A stretch of DNA of 58,702 bases from a bacterium. GTDB taxonomy: Archaea > Nanobdellota > Nanobdellia > SCGC-AAA011-G17 > GW2011-AR17. The stretch lies in assembly GCA_030697685.1 (NCBI GenBank), contig JAUYPF010000048.1, forward strand, positions 1 to 58,702, in the 5' to 3' direction. The notes under the pieces are model-generated. The model ran no database searches. It worked only from the letters and a program-made list of their open reading frames with translations, and was not told the origin of the DNA. The position numbers and the translations under genes were made by a program. Of the stretch, positions 55,250 to 58,702 are shown one piece after another. Positions within the stretch are counted from its first letter, which is position 1. The number at the start of each line of letters is the position of its first letter.

Positions 55250-55270
55250 AAAAAACCGGAAGATTTCCGG
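55250..55270 (-). terminator. hairpin plus T6 tract immediately after the last pilin-like gene
   Basis: The minus strand reads CCGGAAatcTTCCGG followed by TTTTTT, starting 1 nt after the stop at 55272. It could alternatively belong to the IS left end. Confidence 0.45.
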
Positions 55271-55271
55271 A

Positions 55272-55721
55272 TTATTGAAAAATACTCTCTTCTGTTGTTG
55301 TATAAGGAATAGTTACTTTAAAATCTGGAGAAATAGTGTAAGTGTATACATCTTCTTGGAAGGTTAATTGCTTTGTTGTCTTTCCCACTATCGTCATTGT
55401 TCCTTCCTTTGCTGTATATGTAAAGGAATAATCTTCTATAGTTAAAGAATATTTCTTGAGATATTCACTAAATATTTTTTCAAAGTCATTTTCAAAATTT
55501 TCTTGAGAAGTTTGTTTTGCAGATAAAGTTGCTGCAAGTTCTATTGCATAGAGTTGTTGCTCTGCTTCTTGATAAGTTTCAAACACCTGAATTTCTTTCT
55601 CTCCTAAGTAGAGAGATTCTCCCCCAGGATTTTGTTTTCCTACAGAACCATAAAAGACAAAAATAGCTATAATAAAAGAAATTGCACAAATGTATAAGAA
55701 AATAAATGCTTTTTTATTCAT
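55272..55721 (-). CDS. pilin-like/hypothetical protein with an N-terminal hydrophobic anchor
   Basis: MNKKAFIFLYICAISFIIAIFVF. Last gene of the overlapping cluster. Confidence 0.55.
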   Translation of the reverse strand: MNKKAFIFLYICAISFIIAIFVFYGSVGKQNPGGESLYLGEKEIQVFETYQEAEQQLYAIELAATLSAKQTSQENFENDFEKIFSEYLKKYSLTIEDYSFTYTAKEGTMTIVGKTTKQLTFQEDVYTYTISPDFKVTIPYTTTEESIFQ

Positions 55722-56251
55722 TGGAAGACCTCTAATATAACCAGTACTTGTTCTTCAGGATTTACTGTAGGGAGATAGACTTGCCAATAATATTTATCTT
55801 CTCCTGGAAGTTGAGCTGTATATCTTGGAGTGCAACGAAATATATTCTCATTTTTAATATTAATAACCGTAATAAACCAATCATCACCATAAACAGGCTC
55901 TAAATAGTTATGGATTATATTTAGTAATTCTGTACTGCAAGTCATTTCGCTAGAGATTATCCCTTCTTTTATTATGGGCCGCAGAGACTCTTCCTGTATT
56001 ATAGGATAATTTGTAGGAAGGTGTGCAATCAACTCTCCAAAAGTATACTCCTCAGAAACTGGAAGTTTTAATAGATTTAAGAGGTCAGTACCAATGAGTT
56101 CTGTTTCTCCATGTAAAGCATTTTTTGCCTCATCTACACTAGAATTATAGTCTGCTTTTGCGATAGTAAGAGCGACTACACCAATAATAATAATAATGAT
56201 GGAAAGAACAAACTCTAAATTATCTTCTACTTGCGCTTTTTTATTTAGCAT
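55718..56251 (-). CDS. type IV pilin-like protein (class III signal peptide)
   Basis: MLNKKAQVEDNLEFVLSIIIIIIGVVALTI. 4-nt overlap with the next gene. Confidence 0.55.
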   Translation of the reverse strand: MLNKKAQVEDNLEFVLSIIIIIIGVVALTIAKADYNSSVDEAKNALHGETELIGTDLLNLLKLPVSEEYTFGELIAHLPTNYPIIQEESLRPIIKEGIISSEMTCSTELLNIIHNYLEPVYGDDWFITVINIKNENIFRCTPRYTAQLPGEDKYYWQVYLPTVNPEEQVLVILEVFQ

Positions 56252-56676
56252 GCAGGCTCCTCAAACATGAATTGGACTGTTGCTGTACGATGTTCATTAT
56301 TTTCATAAACCCAGAGTGTTTTGTTTATTGTAACGGAATCATAAATTGTTCCTCCAATGCTTTTTCCTTCAATAGTAATATTTACTTTTTTTGTGATAAA
56401 GGTAAAACACTCCTCTAAATTTTTTTGAGAGAATTTACTGATATCTACTGTACCAGGTAATGTACGATCGATTTCTGGCTCTACATAAGTGAAGCATTCT
56501 CCATAGAGAAACTTTGCAATCATGATTTCTTCTAAAGCAGTATCCGTACATTGTACCTTTTCTGTTTGATAGTCTCTAAATGCACTATTAAGATACAAAA
56601 AAATGAATGTTAATAGAAAAAGAGCTACTAAGAAATAAATCCATTTGTATCCCAAAACAAATTGTCCTTTAGGCAT
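56245..56676 (-). CDS. pilin-like/hypothetical protein with an N-terminal hydrophobic anchor
   Basis: MPKGQFVLGYKWIYFLVALFLLTFIF. Overlaps both neighbours. Confidence 0.5.
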   Translation of the reverse strand: MPKGQFVLGYKWIYFLVALFLLTFIFLYLNSAFRDYQTEKVQCTDTALEEIMIAKFLYGECFTYVEPEIDRTLPGTVDISKFSQKNLEECFTFITKKVNITIEGKSIGGTIYDSVTINKTLWVYENNEHRTATVQFMFEEPAC

Positions 56677-57016
56677 TTTTTTTCACCTGTATTGTATTTT
56701 CTCCTTGTTCTTTTCTTAGTGTGAGATTATAATAGGAGTAACCGTTGAAAAGATTATTATTTGTTGTTACTTTGATGTCTTCTTCTTGAATTTGTACTTC
56801 ATACATTTCTTTGAGTTTGTAGTTGTATTCAATAGCACCAGGAGAAGCTTGAATAGTTTCTATGAGGAGTTTGAGGTCTTCTTGTGCGTATATTTTGTTG
56901 ATGTTTGAAATGGAATCAAAGTTTGCTGCTGTTAAGATTAATATTCCTGCTACGAGAATACCAAGAATTGCTTCCATAGCAAAAAAGAACTGATGCTCCT
57001 CTCCCTTTTTATCCAT
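56669..57016 (-). CDS. type IV pilin-like protein (class III signal peptide)
   Basis: MDKKGEEHQFFFAMEAILGILVAGILILTA. Confidence 0.55.
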   Translation of the reverse strand: MDKKGEEHQFFFAMEAILGILVAGILILTAANFDSISNINKIYAQEDLKLLIETIQASPGAIEYNYKLKEMYEVQIQEEDIKVTTNNNLFNGYSYYNLTLRKEQGENTIQVKKNA

Positions 57017-57053
57017 ACTCTCCTAAGAAACTTTTTCCTTTAAATAATTGTTG

Positions 57054-58106
57054 TTAAGCCAAAAGGTTTGTATTTGTTTTACAAATGTCTGTTCCTTCTG
57101 ATACAAAATATAAAATATTATTCTCTTTTTGTGGAGAGCCTTCTATTTTCATGTGTGTTTTAGTAAATGTATCGTCAAAAGAGCTATCATATGCGCTTGT
57201 TTGGATATCTGCAATAGAAGGTGAAATTATCCATTGTTGCGTTGCGCTCGTTCCAACTACGTTAGGAGCATCTGCTATACTCATAGAATAGAGAATTATT
57301 TGTTCTGAGAAAGCTTCGCTTCCTTGAACTTCAATATTACTTTCTGTTTCGAAGGTGTCAATATATTTTGCATTTCCAATATCCCAAAGTTTTACCTCTT
57401 TCCCTGAAAACACCAAAGCATAACTTATTCCTAAGAAAGAAGGATCGGCCGTACAAATACAAGAATTAGATGTTGCACATGATTTGTACTTTTCTTTATA
57501 ATCTTCGAATGAGGCTACTATTTCTTTATAATTTTCATTTACACATTCTTCATTGCTACAAAATTTTATTTCATTCCCTTGTCTTTGCAGGAATAAGGTA
57601 AAGACTCCATTATTTGGACCTTCACGATAGAATCCAGTGGAACATTCTGTGTCTGTGAAAGAATATTCTTTTGTTGCTTTACTGGTGAAAGGATAACAAA
57701 TAGGCTTATCTAAACAAGCATTTTCATAGATTGTTTTGTAAGAACCATCGCATACACAAATGCAATCTTCTGATCCACAGGCATCAGGTATTTGTACCGT
57801 TCCTGCACATGACTGCCCCGTTACATAAGACTGGCCAGGGATTTCTGATACTCCTGTTATAAAATCCTGCCCTGAGAAAGAAACTAAAAGATAACCATCA
57901 GGTAAATAATAAGCCATAAAAGTTTTTTCTCCATCTTTAAGTTCTTCTATTTTTGCAGTTAAGGAATCAAAGCTGTCTTCTGTTTTTTGTGTTGTTGCGT
58001 ACCATTGAATGCCAACTGTGAGAATAATAGAGGTAAGCATAACACCTGCAATTGTACCAATTATCCAAGAAAAACTTTCGTTTCCATCACCTCTCTTATT
58101 TATCAT
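57054..58106 (-). CDS. large Cys-rich pilin-like protein (class III signal peptide)
   Basis: MINKRGDGNESFSWIIGTIAGVMLTSIILTV, followed by a Cys-rich extracellular region of about 310 aa (CAGTVQIPDACGSEDCICVCDG). Confidence 0.55.
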   Translation of the reverse strand: MINKRGDGNESFSWIIGTIAGVMLTSIILTVGIQWYATTQKTEDSFDSLTAKIEELKDGEKTFMAYYLPDGYLLVSFSGQDFITGVSEIPGQSYVTGQSCAGTVQIPDACGSEDCICVCDGSYKTIYENACLDKPICYPFTSKATKEYSFTDTECSTGFYREGPNNGVFTLFLQRQGNEIKFCSNEECVNENYKEIVASFEDYKEKYKSCATSNSCICTADPSFLGISYALVFSGKEVKLWDIGNAKYIDTFETESNIEVQGSEAFSEQIILYSMSIADAPNVVGTSATQQWIISPSIADIQTSAYDSSFDDTFTKTHMKIEGSPQKENNILYFVSEGTDICKTNTNLLA

Positions 58107-58276
58107 GGCTTTAATCCTTTTGCTGCTTCTTCCAAGCCAAGACTAGATGAAATTCCTGTTATTTCCTTGACGAAATTTGTGATTTGACCTCTAAAGATAA
58201 GCGCAACTGCAATGAGTACGATTAAGATAAGAATAAGAACAATCACTGTTTCCATTGTTAATTCCCCTTTTTTCAT
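58103..58276 (-). CDS. short type IV pilin-like protein (57 aa, class III signal peptide); not in the supplied ORF track
   Basis: The minus strand translates to MKKGELTMETVIVLILILIVLIAVALIFRGQITNFVKEITGISSSLGLEEAAKGLKP. ATGA overlap with the next gene. TATA-like ctttaaatat lies about 25 nt upstream. Confidence 0.6.
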   Translation of the reverse strand: MKKGELTMETVIVLILILIVLIAVALIFRGQITNFVKEITGISSSLGLEEAAKGLKP

Positions 58277-58314
58277 ATGAGAGAGAAAGAAGAAAGAATA
58301 TTTAAAGGTTTTTA

Positions 58315-58668
58315 CTAAACGTTAACACAGTCATCAGTTTCACCATCACTATCTGAATCAGTAAGCTTCTTCCCATGTTTTAAAATACTATCAGCATTTT
58401 CACAAGATTTTCCTTTCAAAGTTTCATCTTCAAACCGAGGATTTAACCAAGAAGCTTCATCTCCTGTTGTACAATAAAATTTACACTTTGAACTATACAA
58501 TGCAATTTTTTCTGCACTAATAGAACCGACATCTTCTGTTTGGCCAAATAAATTCGTTAAGCCACCTGTAAAGAATAATGCGATGACAATCAAAGCAATC
58601 AATGCTAAGACTGCTAATATAATAAAGTTTAAAGAAATATCCATCCCTTTTTTATTAAGTATCACCAT
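58315..58668 (-). CDS. type IV pilin-like protein (class III signal peptide)
   Basis: MVILNKKGMDISLNFIILAVLALIALIVIALFF. TATA-like tttaaatatc at the window edge lies about 30 nt upstream. Confidence 0.55.
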   Translation of the reverse strand: MVILNKKGMDISLNFIILAVLALIALIVIALFFTGGLTNLFGQTEDVGSISAEKIALYSSKCKFYCTTGDEASWLNPRFEDETLKGKSCENADSILKHGKKLTDSDSDGETDDCVNV

Positions 58669-58702
58669 CTTTTATGAGTAAAGAGAGTTAGAGATATTTA
58701 AA

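Noticed and set aside
1-58702. A search for CRISPR arrays or other regularly spaced direct repeats, prompted by the Cas4-like gene and TnpB.
   Set aside because: Reading through all intergenic regions, I found no repeat-spacer periodicity. The only clear repeats are intragenic protein-level duplications (Rad50 and the 661-aa membrane protein) and the paralogous gene pair.

Overview
This is an AT-rich, gene-dense archaeal window. Leaderless BRE/TATA promoters, archaeal and eukaryote-type ribosomal proteins, topoisomerase VI, a histone, Pth2 and intron-containing tRNAs point to a small-genome, DPANN-like lineage. The lineage call is inference only. The core content is: top6B/top6A; an aspartokinase-lysA pair; metG; an HMf-type histone; and a 25-gene ribosomal protein cluster (uL3 to uL15, including aSUI1 and the RNase P protein Rpp29) followed by secY and a DUF106 insertase. 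Further core genes are eL34, eL14, prefoldin alpha, a fused PriS-PriL(CTD) primase, a stand-alone 5S rRNA, mre11-rad50, a frameshifted dcd, pth2, a DRG GTPase and envelope-sugar genes (galE, ugd, a UbiA-family gene). There are four tRNAs: Asn, Ile and Tyr carry introns, with two introns in Asn, while Trp is intronless with an encoded CCA. The accessory or unusual content is: a free-standing LAGLIDADG endonuclease between two tRNAs; a locally GC-rich gene inserted into the conserved secY...eL34 neighbourhood; and a solo Cas4-like nuclease beside mre11-rad50 with no herA or nurA in the window. It also includes matched duplications in both Rad50 coiled-coil arms, two tandem paralogous genes of unknown function, a hicBA pair with a deviant HicA, and a complete IS200/IS605 element (tnpA plus an apparently intact tnpB) next to tRNA-Trp. 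At the 3' edge there is a seven-gene cluster of class-III-signal-peptide (type IV pilin-like) proteins, including a 57-codon gene missing from the ORF track. I found no CRISPR array. All calls rest on reading the sequence and translations by eye; no database search was run.
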